From IMG/VR virus record IMGVR_UViG_3300028888_001839, positions 185,001-249,000 of that record: a stretch of 64,000 nt of DNA; one strand, given 5' to 3'. The position numbers and the translations under genes are program-made. Under the pieces are notes generated by a model. That model ran no database searches. It was not told where the DNA came from and saw only the letters and a list, made by a program, of their open reading frames with translations. Positions 27,955 through 37,342 of the stretch are shown here, in pieces. How positions within the stretch are numbered: the stretch's first letter is position 1; every line of letters begins with the position of its first letter. This DNA comes from a virus (Duplodnaviria > Heunggongvirae > Uroviricota > Caudoviricetes).

Positions 27955-28302
27955 ATGAGAAGAAAAAGCAGACACAAAAGGCATATTGAACTTCTAAACA
28001 AGTTAGTTAAGAAGACTGACTACTATATTGCCCATGTTTGGAATGGGCAAGGGATATCGTTACATGGTAAGATTGACAATCTTGGCCGACAAAGGTTTGT
28101 TCGGTTTGGAGATTGCACACAAGAGTGGCATACCCCTTGGCTTAGACATTATTCTGTTGCTGGAAAGGTTTATTTTGCTTTAATGCCTAGAACAAAGGTT
28201 CGTTTTGGGATTGTCCTCACAGGGTGGAACGAACTGAAATGGTTTGTTCAAGAAGAGATTGCAAAGAAGGAGCGCAATGAGACGGACAAAGGATCTTTGT
28301 GA
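27955..28302 (+). CDS. hypothetical protein
   Basis: 115 aa, first gene after the promoter. Confidence 0.4.
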   Translation: MRRKSRHKRHIELLNKLVKKTDYYIAHVWNGQGISLHGKIDNLGRQRFVRFGDCTQEWHTPWLRHYSVAGKVYFALMPRTKVRFGIVLTGWNELKWFVQEEIAKKERNETDKGSL

Positions 28303-28603
28303 CAACAACTGCAATGAATGCGAGGCAATCCAGAACAAGCAAGTTGCTTTGCTTCTTAATGTGTTGGCATTGCGGTTTGGTGGTGAGGTGTGGGGTATAA
28401 CAAACAGAATCTGCCCAAATCTGACTTGCTGCCCGATATGTCACATAGATGACTTCTGCCACGATAGCCCAGATGCTAAAAGCGGAATAATCTGCATAGA
28501 TGCATTGGGGCTGGAGAATGAGACTTGCGAAGTGGCGACAGAGGCTTTGAAGGTTTTTGAGGCTATCAAGAAGGAAAAAGCGGAATGCGAATCCAAGGGC
28601 TAA
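28277..28603 (+). CDS. hypothetical Cys-rich small protein
   Basis: Start chosen at the ATG after AAGGAG; multiple CxxC pairs. Confidence 0.35.
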   Translation: MRRTKDLCDNNCNECEAIQNKQVALLLNVLALRFGGEVWGITNRICPNLTCCPICHIDDFCHDSPDAKSGIICIDALGLENETCEVATEALKVFEAIKKEKAECESKG

Positions 28604-28770
28604 TCAGAAAGCTTCGGGAAATCAAGGAAAAGTATGGCAATGTTGAAGTAGTCACATTGCAGCAAGGTGAGTTTGCACCACCTAATCCCTCATGGCTAAT
28701 TGATGGGGGACGATGGAGCCTAGAAGGATTTTCAAACGATTTCGGGGAACAAAAGAGAATTGTACTATAA
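28585..28770 (+). CDS. hypothetical small protein
   Basis: 61 aa ORF. Confidence 0.25.
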   Translation: MRIQGLIRKLREIKEKYGNVEVVTLQQGEFAPPNPSWLIDGGRWSLEGFSNDFGEQKRIVL

Positions 28771-28782
28771 AGGAGAAGAAAA

Positions 28783-30039
28783 ATGGCTAGAAAACTAGCG
28801 AGCATAGTAGAGATTGAATCGTGCGACCCGATTCCAGACACGGAACGTCTTTCAGTCGCAACGATGAAGGGCAAGGGATGGAAGGTAGTCACTGGGCGTG
28901 ATGAGTTCCATCGCGGCGACTTAGCCGTGTACTTCGAGATTGACAGTTACCTCCCAAGTGAAGATGAGCGGTATGCTTTTCTCAAAGATCGTTGCTTGAA
29001 GCGGTTTGTTTCGAAGAGCGGAAATGTCCTCCGTGAGGGAATCCGCATCAAGACGATTAAACTCCGTGGAGTCATATCGCAGGGGCTTCTGATGCCGCTT
29101 TCCGCTTTCGTTGGCAAGGAAATCCTCGTCAAGAATCATCTTGCAAAACCAGAAGATGTTATTGCAGAGGATGGGAAGCCAGTATCGCAGGAAGAGTTGG
29201 CGGATGTATATATCAGCACTCTCTACTACCTCAAGGACATAACAGAAGAGGGTGGAGCCCCTACTATCAAGGAGGTAGAGGTCGGAGTTGACTCCGATTT
29301 GACTGAACTTCTTCATGTTGAGCACTATGATGAAGTGAAGGAGTCTTTGCAGCCGCAGATGGGGTGTGCAATCTCTGCGGATGCGCTGGGCAACTTCCCT
29401 TCCGCTTTCGTGCCGAAGACAGATGAGGAGCGTATCCAGAACCTTGGAGACTGGTTCGAGACCATGAAGGGGCGCAAGTGGCAGGTGACTGTCAAGGCAG
29501 ACGGAACGAGTTGCACAATTGCTTTCTCCCCGAAGATTGACTTTGATAATCCTCAAATCGTGTGCTCGAGGAATCTTCGCCTTAAGAGTGTAACTGCCGC
29601 AGGAGAGGTGCCTGTTTACTGGCAGGTTGCTGAAAAGTATAAAATTCTCGAAAAACTTTCAGAGGCTCTTGTTGGAGGCATGGAATATGCTCTACAGGGA
29701 GAGGTTGTCGGCCCCGGAATCCAGAAGGACAGGAACAAGGAAAGCGAGTACATGTTCAAGTGCTTCCGCATCTATGACATCGCAAACCAGAAGTTCCTCA
29801 ATCCGAATGAGACGGTTGCTTTCTGCAAGGAGTTCGATATTCCGCATGTAGAAGTCCTCAAGACGGATTTTCCGTTCTTCGATGAGATTACGACGATGGA
29901 GGATGCCTTGAAGTTTGCGGAGGGCAAGACAAAGGAAGGGAATGAGCGTAAGGGAGTAGTCTGCAAGACATGCGACGATGGCCTGTATGCGAGCTTCAAG
30001 ATTGTGAGCAACAAGTACCTGATGAAACAGGAAGACTAA
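28783..30039 (+). CDS. ATP-dependent RNA ligase (Rnl-like nucleotidyltransferase)
   Basis: AGGAGA RBS; motif I KADGTS (lysine nucleotidyltransferase), downstream EGVV and K-x-K motifs; typical phage tRNA-repair function. Confidence 0.55.
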   Translation: MARKLASIVEIESCDPIPDTERLSVATMKGKGWKVVTGRDEFHRGDLAVYFEIDSYLPSEDERYAFLKDRCLKRFVSKSGNVLREGIRIKTIKLRGVISQGLLMPLSAFVGKEILVKNHLAKPEDVIAEDGKPVSQEELADVYISTLYYLKDITEEGGAPTIKEVEVGVDSDLTELLHVEHYDEVKESLQPQMGCAISADALGNFPSAFVPKTDEERIQNLGDWFETMKGRKWQVTVKADGTSCTIAFSPKIDFDNPQIVCSRNLRLKSVTAAGEVPVYWQVAEKYKILEKLSEALVGGMEYALQGEVVGPGIQKDRNKESEYMFKCFRIYDIANQKFLNPNETVAFCKEFDIPHVEVLKTDFPFFDEITTMEDALKFAEGKTKEGNERKGVVCKTCDDGLYASFKIVSNKYLMKQED

Positions 30040-30056
30040 CCTATAGGAGACTACGG

Positions 30057-30839
30057 ATGAAGAAGAAGCAAAATAATTCTCCGCTGACGGAGCCCCAGAT
30101 AGCCAAACTTGGCGAGACTCTTGCGAAAGGAATTTTCAAAGGGATTTCGCAGGACACATTCAAGTCGTTTGAAGTGAAGGATGCTATAGATACCATCTCC
30201 ACTCTGATTTCAGAGAGGGAGAAGTATCACGGCTACCTTGACGAGTTGAGGGCGAAGCATAAGAAAGATTATGAGTACAGCAAGCGATACTTCAATGCGA
30301 AGACTAAGGCTAGCAACAAGTCAGTAAAGGGAATCGTGAAGATTCTCAATGCCTATGATTCGGATAGTCTGATTTCCCTATATCTGTTCTTGAAGGAACT
30401 TCCTACCCGAAGCAATTGCATTGCAATCTACAGGCGGATAATAGCGGAGGCGAACAAAGACTGGGGTTCTCCCTCTTACATCGTCAGGAATGTCCTTAAT
30501 GGAACTAAGCAGGAACTCGTTTCTAAGAGGTCCAAGGCTTACCAGAAGATTGCGGCTGCCGTAGAGAAGACAAAGGAGAAGTTCGGGAAGGGCAATAGGC
30601 ATCTGCATCTGTCTGGGGTTGTAAGCGTCCGTGACGGAGACCATTACATAGCATTCGTGAGCGGAGGGAACAACGGTCATAGCAACTGGCGAGCTTACTT
30701 CGAGAGCATGATGATGATACTTGAAGAGTGCAAGCATGCCTGGATCATTGACATAGACAATGACTGCTGCGATGATGTACATTATGCGCTCATAGGATTT
30801 CGCATTAGCAACAAAACAAAAACAAGAAAGGAAAACTAA
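30057..30839 (+). CDS. hypothetical protein
   Basis: 260 aa; ATG at 30057 in the 29970 ORF. Confidence 0.45.
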   Translation: MKKKQNNSPLTEPQIAKLGETLAKGIFKGISQDTFKSFEVKDAIDTISTLISEREKYHGYLDELRAKHKKDYEYSKRYFNAKTKASNKSVKGIVKILNAYDSDSLISLYLFLKELPTRSNCIAIYRRIIAEANKDWGSPSYIVRNVLNGTKQELVSKRSKAYQKIAAAVEKTKEKFGKGNRHLHLSGVVSVRDGDHYIAFVSGGNNGHSNWRAYFESMMMILEECKHAWIIDIDNDCCDDVHYALIGFRISNKTKTRKEN

Positions 30840-31147
30840 TGTTCGAGAAGACAATGGACTTTTCCGAAGCCTTGAAGAACCTCAAGGCGGGGAAGAAGCT
30901 AACAAGGAAGGGATGGAACGGAAACATCGTTTCTTTCGACCCTAACATGTACATCTGGCTTGAACCTTCATGCAAGATTCCGAGGATGGATGCGATGAGC
31001 GAAAACCTCAAGTCCGCATTCGGGCGCAATGCCTCTATGGAGAAGTTGGGGACATTCATCATGAAGACCCGCGACAACAAGTTGATGGTTGGATGGCTTG
31101 CCACGAACACGGACCTTTTGGCCGAAGACTGGGTTGTGGTAGAATAG
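30839..31147 (+). CDS. DUF2829 / Tad2-like (Thoeris anti-defence 2-like) small protein
   Basis: 102 aa with the characteristic EALKNLKAGKKLTRKGWNG N-terminal motif of DUF2829 proteins. Confidence 0.5.
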   Translation: MFEKTMDFSEALKNLKAGKKLTRKGWNGNIVSFDPNMYIWLEPSCKIPRMDAMSENLKSAFGRNASMEKLGTFIMKTRDNKLMVGWLATNTDLLAEDWVVVE

Positions 31148-31192
31148 CTATTTCTGGTTGAACAAATCAAACAAGAAAGGTAAAAAACAAAA

Positions 31193-32821
31193 ATGCACAC
31201 ACTAGTATTCGCTGCTGCAGATGCGGCATCGTCAACAGGCGGTTTCCCTTGGGGAATCGTTGGTATCGCTATTGGGGTTCTGTTCCTCATTGGCGTGTTC
31301 GCGCTCGGGTATTGCAAGGCACCGCCCGATAAAGCCTATATTATATCCGGTCTCCGAAAGCGGACTCTCATCGGGAGGGCTGGTTTTAGGATTCCGTTCT
31401 TCGAGCGCCTTGACGTGGTGACGCTCGAACTCATTCAGGTTGACGTGAAGACGAAGCAGAAGGTCCCCAACAAGGACTTCATCAACGTCAATGTGGATGC
31501 AGTCGTGAACATCAAGGTGAGCCGTGAAGAGCAGATGCTCGCACTTGCGGCGATGAACTTCCTCAATGCCTCACCAGAATACATTAGCGAAAATGCCAAA
31601 GAAGTTCTCGAAGGCAATATGCGTGAGATTGTTGGTGAAATGACAACCAAGGAGATGGTTCTCAATCGCCAGCAGTTTGCAGAGGCGGTAAAGAAGAATG
31701 CCGCACCCGACTTGGAGAGGATGGGTTTGGAAATCGTCTCGTTCAATGTCCAGAACTTCACGGACGATGACAAGGCGATCGAGAACCTTGGTATCGACAA
31801 CATTGCAACCATCTCCAAGGATGCGGCAATCGCTCGTGCGAATGCGGAGGCGCAGGTGGAGCAGGCCAAGGCAAAGGCTGCAAAGGAAGCCAATGATGCC
31901 CGCGTAGCGGCCGAGACGGAGATTGCGATTCGCAACAACGAACTCGAAATCAAGAAAGCCGACCTCAAGAAGCAGGCCGACATTCAGATTGCGATAGCAG
32001 AGGCCGCCAAGGGAATCCAGGCGGAAGAACAGCGTAAGATTCTCGAAGCAACGAAGGGTGATGCGAGCATCATAGAACTCGAGAAGAAGACCGAACTCTC
32101 GCAGAGGAAGGTGGCAATCACCGAAAAGGAACTCGATGCCGAAATCCGCAAGAAGGCGGAAGCGGAGAAGTTCGCCGCACAGCAGGAGGCCGATGCTCGT
32201 CTCTACACCACACAGAAGAATGCGGAGGCGGAACTTGCTGAGCGAACCCGCAAGGCTGAAGCCGTCCAGATAGAGGCGGAGCGCGAGGCTGATGCTACAA
32301 AGGCCGCTGCGGATGCCGCACTTTTCCAGCAGGCGAAGGAAGCAGAGGCGAAGCAGATTGCAGCAGAGCGCGAAGCCGCCGCAATCAAGGCAATCGCAGA
32401 CGCCAACAAGGTGCAGGGTGAGAATGAGGCTTATGTCATCAAGGCGAAGGGCGATGCGGAGGCAGAGGCTATCCGCGCCAAGGCAATCGCAGAGGCAGAG
32501 GGTCTGGAAAAGAAAGCCGATGCCATGGCGAAGTACGGAGAAGCGGCAAAGATGGACTTGCAGTTGCAGGTAGCAAAGGAGTTCGTCAAGGTTCTCCCCG
32601 CAATCGCAACTGGAGTGGCTTCCGCTTACACGAAGGTCGGAAACATCACGATGTATGGCGATCAGTCAGGGAAGATTGCCGCAGGGGTTATCGACCACAC
32701 CACGCAGTTGTTCGATGGACTTTCCAAGTCTCTTGGCTTTGATGTGAAATCCGCAATCGGAGGAGCACTCGCAACCAAGTTGCTTGGGAGCAACGGCGGC
32801 GATTCCAAGAAGAAGGCTTAA
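31193..32821 (+). CDS. SPFH/band-7 (flotillin-like) membrane protein with long Ala/Glu/Lys-rich coiled coil
   Basis: N-terminal TM helix, PHB-like domain, then about 250 aa of AEAEA/KAKA coiled coil. Confidence 0.65.
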   Translation: MHTLVFAAADAASSTGGFPWGIVGIAIGVLFLIGVFALGYCKAPPDKAYIISGLRKRTLIGRAGFRIPFFERLDVVTLELIQVDVKTKQKVPNKDFINVNVDAVVNIKVSREEQMLALAAMNFLNASPEYISENAKEVLEGNMREIVGEMTTKEMVLNRQQFAEAVKKNAAPDLERMGLEIVSFNVQNFTDDDKAIENLGIDNIATISKDAAIARANAEAQVEQAKAKAAKEANDARVAAETEIAIRNNELEIKKADLKKQADIQIAIAEAAKGIQAEEQRKILEATKGDASIIELEKKTELSQRKVAITEKELDAEIRKKAEAEKFAAQQEADARLYTTQKNAEAELAERTRKAEAVQIEAEREADATKAAADAALFQQAKEAEAKQIAAEREAAAIKAIADANKVQGENEAYVIKAKGDAEAEAIRAKAIAEAEGLEKKADAMAKYGEAAKMDLQLQVAKEFVKVLPAIATGVASAYTKVGNITMYGDQSGKIAAGVIDHTTQLFDGLSKSLGFDVKSAIGGALATKLLGSNGGDSKKKA

Positions 32822-32830
32822 CCGCCCCAG

Positions 32831-32869
32831 CCCCTATCGGTTGAGAATGAGGAGAGCGACCGATAGGGG
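32831..32869 (+). terminator. hairpin after the flotillin gene (terminator and/or IS left-end structure)
   Basis: CCCCTATCGG ... CCGATAGGGG perfect 10-bp stem followed by CTTTCTCTC. Confidence 0.4.
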
Positions 32870-32889
32870 CTTTCTCTCACAATAGAAAA

Positions 32890-34440
32890 CACGAGGAAGA
32901 TGCCGAATCTTCATTCGGCATAAGAATCGGGCAGTAGAAATAAAAAAATGAAGAAATTCTGTCATTCTTTTTATCCGCAGGCATATCATAGAGTGTTCGC
33001 TTAATAGTGAAGCGTTATCATGCTAACCTACAAGACAAAACTGATTTTCGAGTCTCAGAAGGTTAAAGACTTCTGGAAGGAGCAGATGTGTTTTGTTCGG
33101 GACTGCTACAACTTTGTATCAAAGATAGCCTTTGAAGAGAAAATCCCATTAAACATCAAACTCTATCATGCAAGGCTCTATAGGGCTGAAAGGGAAGCAT
33201 TTCCCGCTCTTCCGGCCCAGATGTGCATCAAGGTTTATAAGCAGGTGCTGGCGAACTATCGCACGGCAAGAGAGAACAATGTGGAACTAGTGAAGCCGTT
33301 GGAGATGAAGAGACCTTCAATCGGGCTTGACAAGCGACTTTATTCCAGAATGACAAGGGAATCGTTCTGCCTATCCAATGGGGACGGAAACAGAAGATCG
33401 GAAGTCAAGTTCGTTCTCTATCCAAAGTTCAACGAGATGGCGGCGAAATACAGAATGTGCGATCCTATTCTTCAATACGATGAGAGGACTGATACCTTCT
33501 ATGCCTGCATACCATTCTTGGCTATAGAAACCACTCCTTGCCCTGAAGAATACCTTGGAGTGGATTTGGGCATCAAGAGGATTGCGACACTTTCAGATGG
33601 AACGGCGATAACAGACAAAGCATATCTAGCAAGACGGCGCAGAATCCGCCACAACAAGCGGATATTCCAGAGGCACAAGTCCCATTCCCATTCCGCAAGG
33701 AGGAAACTGAAAAGACTTAGGCGGAAGGAGTTCAACTACTCAAAGGAGTTCTGCCACAAGGTAGCCAATGAGATTCTTTCCCACCACGGTTCTGTCATCG
33801 TGATGGAGGACTTGTCTAAAATCAAGCAGACGACATCGAAAACGAAGGAAGGGTTCAAAAAGAAGCGGCACAACAACATGATGTCGCAAGTTCCCTTCTC
33901 CCACTTGAAGCAAATTTTAACCTACAAGGCACCACTCCTGGGCAAGAGAGTGGAAACAGTTTCGCCCCAGTACACGAGCCAGATTGATTGCAGAACAAAA
34001 TCCAAGGAAGGGTGTATTAGAAAGGGGTGTAGGTTGTACACGGCGGACGGCAAGGTGTTTGATGCGGACTGGAATGCCGCAATCAACATCGCCAACCGCA
34101 AACACCCGACTCCGTTCGGCTTGCCGCTAGACGGCACGCTGAACTTTGTCGGCAGGCATCGTCAACAGGTCGATAGTAGGAAGGGGCAACCCGACCTGCA
34201 AGCCGCCATGTCTTCAGCATGGAGGTAGTTGACAATGAACAACCCAAAGTACAAGAAGCTGGCGAAGTCAGAAACCGATGCGATGAATCGGTTTCGGAGA
34301 CTAAATCCTAACAAATACCATAATGCGCCCAATGTATATTGGTCGGTTATTTGGATATCCATTGGCATTATTTTCATCACAAAAGGGATTGTAAGAATCA
34401 TCTGGAGACTATTACATTGAACCTATTCGATTTAGCAAGA
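32890..34440 (+). mobile_element. IS605-family (IS1341-like) element carrying solo tnpB; approximate ends
   Basis: TnpB ORF with no adjacent tnpA; flanking noncoding segments of ~130 bp and ~210 bp between phage genes; ends not determined. Confidence 0.45.
33020..34228 (+). CDS. tnpB: TnpB (OrfB) RuvC-like RNA-guided nuclease of IS200/IS605 family
   Basis: 402 aa; RuvC motifs and C-terminal zinc finger CRTKSKEGCIRKGCRLYTADGKVFDADWNAAINIANR. Confidence 0.75.
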   Translation: MLTYKTKLIFESQKVKDFWKEQMCFVRDCYNFVSKIAFEEKIPLNIKLYHARLYRAEREAFPALPAQMCIKVYKQVLANYRTARENNVELVKPLEMKRPSIGLDKRLYSRMTRESFCLSNGDGNRRSEVKFVLYPKFNEMAAKYRMCDPILQYDERTDTFYACIPFLAIETTPCPEEYLGVDLGIKRIATLSDGTAITDKAYLARRRRIRHNKRIFQRHKSHSHSARRKLKRLRRKEFNYSKEFCHKVANEILSHHGSVIVMEDLSKIKQTTSKTKEGFKKKRHNNMMSQVPFSHLKQILTYKAPLLGKRVETVSPQYTSQIDCRTKSKEGCIRKGCRLYTADGKVFDADWNAAINIANRKHPTPFGLPLDGTLNFVGRHRQQVDSRKGQPDLQAAMSSAWR

Positions 34441-34458
34441 GTGCCGCTTTATTCGGTT

Positions 34459-35010
34459 ATGGCTGACAATGGCACTGTCATTGTGTTTGACACAGAGACT
34501 ACGGGATTAACCGACAACGACGACGTGGTGCAGTTGGCGGTTGTGGCAATGAGGAAGAGGAAAGAACTCTTTTCCAAGGCAGTTTACCTAAAAAATCAAG
34601 TGCCGATTGATGGGACTGAGGCGCAGAAGGTTAATGGTATAACTGATGAACTTTTACGGAAGTCTGGTCTTGATCCAGTAGATGTGCTTTCGGACTTCCT
34701 CGCACTCATAGAGAAGACAATATCCGAAGAGGGTATGGCATTGCTTGTTGCTCACAATATGTCTTTCGACTATCGGATGATTGTGAACATGATGAGGAAG
34801 TACGGCATTGCAGACGATTTGCCTGAAAGGGCGATGGGATGTTGCACAAAGGAATTCGTGAAATCTCTTCAATTGCCTAAGTCGATTCTCCCCGGCAATC
34901 ATCTTCGCAACTGCATTAGGGTGTTTCAGTTGGATGCGAAGAATTCACATGATGCCCTTGACGATGCAAAGGCCTGTTGGGAGCTTTTCAACTTCCTCAC
35001 CAAAGAGTGA
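34459..35010 (+). CDS. DnaQ-like 3'-5' exonuclease (DEDDh)
   Basis: Exo motifs VFDTETTGL, HNMSFD, HDALDDA. Confidence 0.7.
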   Translation: MADNGTVIVFDTETTGLTDNDDVVQLAVVAMRKRKELFSKAVYLKNQVPIDGTEAQKVNGITDELLRKSGLDPVDVLSDFLALIEKTISEEGMALLVAHNMSFDYRMIVNMMRKYGIADDLPERAMGCCTKEFVKSLQLPKSILPGNHLRNCIRVFQLDAKNSHDALDDAKACWELFNFLTKE

Positions 35011-35028
35011 GAAAAAAACTACACCCTC

Positions 35029-35058
35029 TTGAAAGCCGAGTCAAGAGTGTGGTATAAT
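35029..35058 (+). promoter_or_regulatory. sigma70-type promoter TTGAAA-18-TGgTATAAT (conserved family copy 3)
   Basis: TTGAAA 35029-35034, TATAAT 35053-35058. Confidence 0.55.
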
Positions 35059-35109
35059 ACACTCCGCAAGGACAAAACAAGACAACAAAGACAACAAGCG
35101 GAGAAAACC

Positions 35110-35295
35110 ATGAGAAAGTTATTACTGTCAATCTCGAAGATTACGGCACTAGAGGTGCCGCTGTCGCCGATTCTTCTTTGCGGAGCGGTAGCATCATCTA
35201 ATGTTAGCACTTACTACCACAACCTTATGGTCTTGACGGTAGCATGTGCGATAATATCGTTCGTCACGTTCTTGGCTGCACAGGTTATGGATTGA
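35110..35295 (+). CDS. small membrane protein
   Basis: 61 aa, one hydrophobic helix, GGAGAAAA RBS; the upstream part of ORF 35029 overlaps the promoter. Confidence 0.4.
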   Translation: MRKLLLSISKITALEVPLSPILLCGAVASSNVSTYYHNLMVLTVACAIISFVTFLAAQVMD

Positions 35296-35296
35296 C

Positions 35297-35860
35297 ATGA
35301 GTGTGGATGAGAACAAGAAGGACTTGCCGTTGGTAGAGGATACGGCTATAGACCTTCCTCTTGTCAATATCGACAAGACGGATGTTCTAGGAGCCTTGTT
35401 TGTCCATACGGACAACATGGATGAACTCTACCACGATGCGCTTCTCAAACTCCAGACTTGGATAATCAATTTCGCAGAAGAGCAGATTGCGCCATTGCGG
35501 GATTCTGGATGCTTCTCAGATGAGGAATTGGAACAGATAAAGAGGCAAACTTGCGTCATATCACCGATAACGCTTACCTTGTATCTACATTGGCTTCAGA
35601 TGGAGGAGTTCTCTAGGCTGACAGATTCTGAGAAGGAGAAGCGGCTATTAGAGAAACTTCCAGACCAGTTCAAGGCAAGATATAAAGGGAATGCAGCCTG
35701 CAGAAATGCCAGAGAGGTTTCACCAGAAGAGGAACTAGCGAAGGAAGAGAATCCTGACAGTGCGGAGAGCAAAGAGAAGAGACTGCATATGTCATTTGCG
35801 GAGTTCATAGAGGATTTCGGGAAGAGGTTGCAGGCAGAATTGGAGGAGAGAGGGAAATAG
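35297..35860 (+). CDS. hypothetical protein
   Basis: 187 aa acidic protein. Confidence 0.45.
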   Translation: MSVDENKKDLPLVEDTAIDLPLVNIDKTDVLGALFVHTDNMDELYHDALLKLQTWIINFAEEQIAPLRDSGCFSDEELEQIKRQTCVISPITLTLYLHWLQMEEFSRLTDSEKEKRLLEKLPDQFKARYKGNAACRNAREVSPEEELAKEENPDSAESKEKRLHMSFAEFIEDFGKRLQAELEERGK

Positions 35861-35864
35861 GCTT

Positions 35865-36182
35865 ATGGGTGAGAACGACAATACGAACAAGAAGTTTCTT
35901 CTAAAGAACGGACGGCAGGTAATAGACTACATCTTCGATGCAGGGTTCGGGCTAGGCGGATGCATCTTTGCCGCTGTGAAGTGCAGATACAAGGCAAGGT
36001 TAGAGATAGACCCTGCTAAGCAGGAGCAGTTGATGAAAGCATGCAACTGGTATATAGACAGCCTTGCACGAAGGGGAAACATCGTCCGTGAAGAGATTGT
36101 AACGATAGTAAGGACGATTGTTTCAAAGATAGAGGCGGATATGATTGTCAAGGAAGTCGTTCCAGATGGGAGTGTCGTGTAA
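35865..36182 (+). CDS. hypothetical protein
   Basis: 105 aa. Confidence 0.4.
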   Translation: MGENDNTNKKFLLKNGRQVIDYIFDAGFGLGGCIFAAVKCRYKARLEIDPAKQEQLMKACNWYIDSLARRGNIVREEIVTIVRTIVSKIEADMIVKEVVPDGSVV

Positions 36183-36964
36183 TGGATTACCCGATAGACA
36201 ATTTTAATGAAGTAAAAGACAACATTCTTCGTTTCGAAGGATACGGAGAATTCTATATGGTTCTTGTCCTTAAGCGTAGAAAGGACACGAAAGGTAAGAT
36301 GGCCGAGGAGGTGAATGAGGACAATCGGCTAATCAAGCACTACTTTGTATACGATAAAGAGTATCTTGACAAGAAAACGAATGCTATTATGACCCTTTGT
36401 GAGCAGAACAATGCTAGGGCATACATAATTCCGCAGAGGCGTTCTTGTCGGCTTGTGCTATGGTCTTTACATGACAAGGTTTCGGATACATTGAAAGATG
36501 GGGCGATGAATGTTCATTTTGATCATCTGATTCGCACCTGTGTGGCTGGAATTCATGAGACTGAAGAAAAATGGCATAAGCGGTGGGTAATAGATATTGA
36601 TGAAGATAATGATGCAACATTCAAGAAAGCTATCGCTTGGAGAGAACAACATTTCAATACAACATCAGATAACTTTGTCGTAAGGGAGTATACTTCTTGG
36701 ATTGCCTACAAGATTCGACGTGCTCTAGTGTTGAAGTTTGGAAATAGAACAGATGAAGAAAAGGAATTCATGCAGAAGGTCAGTACGAAGTATGTGCCAG
36801 AGGATGTGACTTTTCTTAAGACTCCGCATGGATTCCATATCGTTACCCCTCCGTTCAATCGTGAACCAAAGGCGATGGAAAAGTATTTTGGGGTAGGATG
36901 CCCATCAACCGACTGGATAAAGCCTGATGCAATGGCTTTGCTATATGCACCCGCAACAATTTAG
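36182..36964 (+). CDS. hypothetical protein
   Basis: 260 aa, no recognised domain. Confidence 0.45.
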   Translation: MDYPIDNFNEVKDNILRFEGYGEFYMVLVLKRRKDTKGKMAEEVNEDNRLIKHYFVYDKEYLDKKTNAIMTLCEQNNARAYIIPQRRSCRLVLWSLHDKVSDTLKDGAMNVHFDHLIRTCVAGIHETEEKWHKRWVIDIDEDNDATFKKAIAWREQHFNTTSDNFVVREYTSWIAYKIRRALVLKFGNRTDEEKEFMQKVSTKYVPEDVTFLKTPHGFHIVTPPFNREPKAMEKYFGVGCPSTDWIKPDAMALLYAPATI

Positions 36965-36982
36965 AAAAGGAGGAAATAACAA

Positions 36983-37339
36983 ATGCTAGTAAATCTTGGA
37001 CGGGCTATTGACAACTTATTGAAAAACAATGGGCATTCTAGAGAAGAAATAGTTTGTGTCCTATGGGGAGATGATGACATTGGGAATGAGCCTGATACTG
37101 CGCTCTCCATTGATGTGCAGTCTTTTTGGAAATATGCAGATGCTACGGAATGGGATAATGATGTATGGGTATCTGGGCCACACTATCCTATGTGGCTACT
37201 AAGCGGGGGAGAATGGTGGCTTGAGGCTACGGAATACGACTGTCGGACTGGAATTAGATTCATGTCAAAGCCAAAAGAAAAGCAGGCTAGAATTGGCATA
37301 AACGAAAGAGGTTGTTTTTTTCAGTTGGAGGAGAAGTGA
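36983..37339 (+). CDS. hypothetical protein
   Basis: 118 aa, strong RBS AAGGAGG. Confidence 0.45.
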   Translation: MLVNLGRAIDNLLKNNGHSREEIVCVLWGDDDIGNEPDTALSIDVQSFWKYADATEWDNDVWVSGPHYPMWLLSGGEWWLEATEYDCRTGIRFMSKPKEKQARIGINERGCFFQLEEK

Positions 37340-37342
37340 GTC

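Noticed and set aside
31435-32409. Antisense ORFs inside the flotillin gene (31435-31983 -, 32203-32409 -, 32292-32573 +)
   Set aside because: They are products of the low-complexity Ala/Glu/Lys coiled-coil coding sequence (GCN/GAR/AAR repeats), which stays open in several frames.
34229-34420. 63-aa ORF immediately downstream of tnpB
   Set aside because: It lies in the expected IS right end/omega-RNA region and looks hydrophobic by chance composition. It is probably non-coding.
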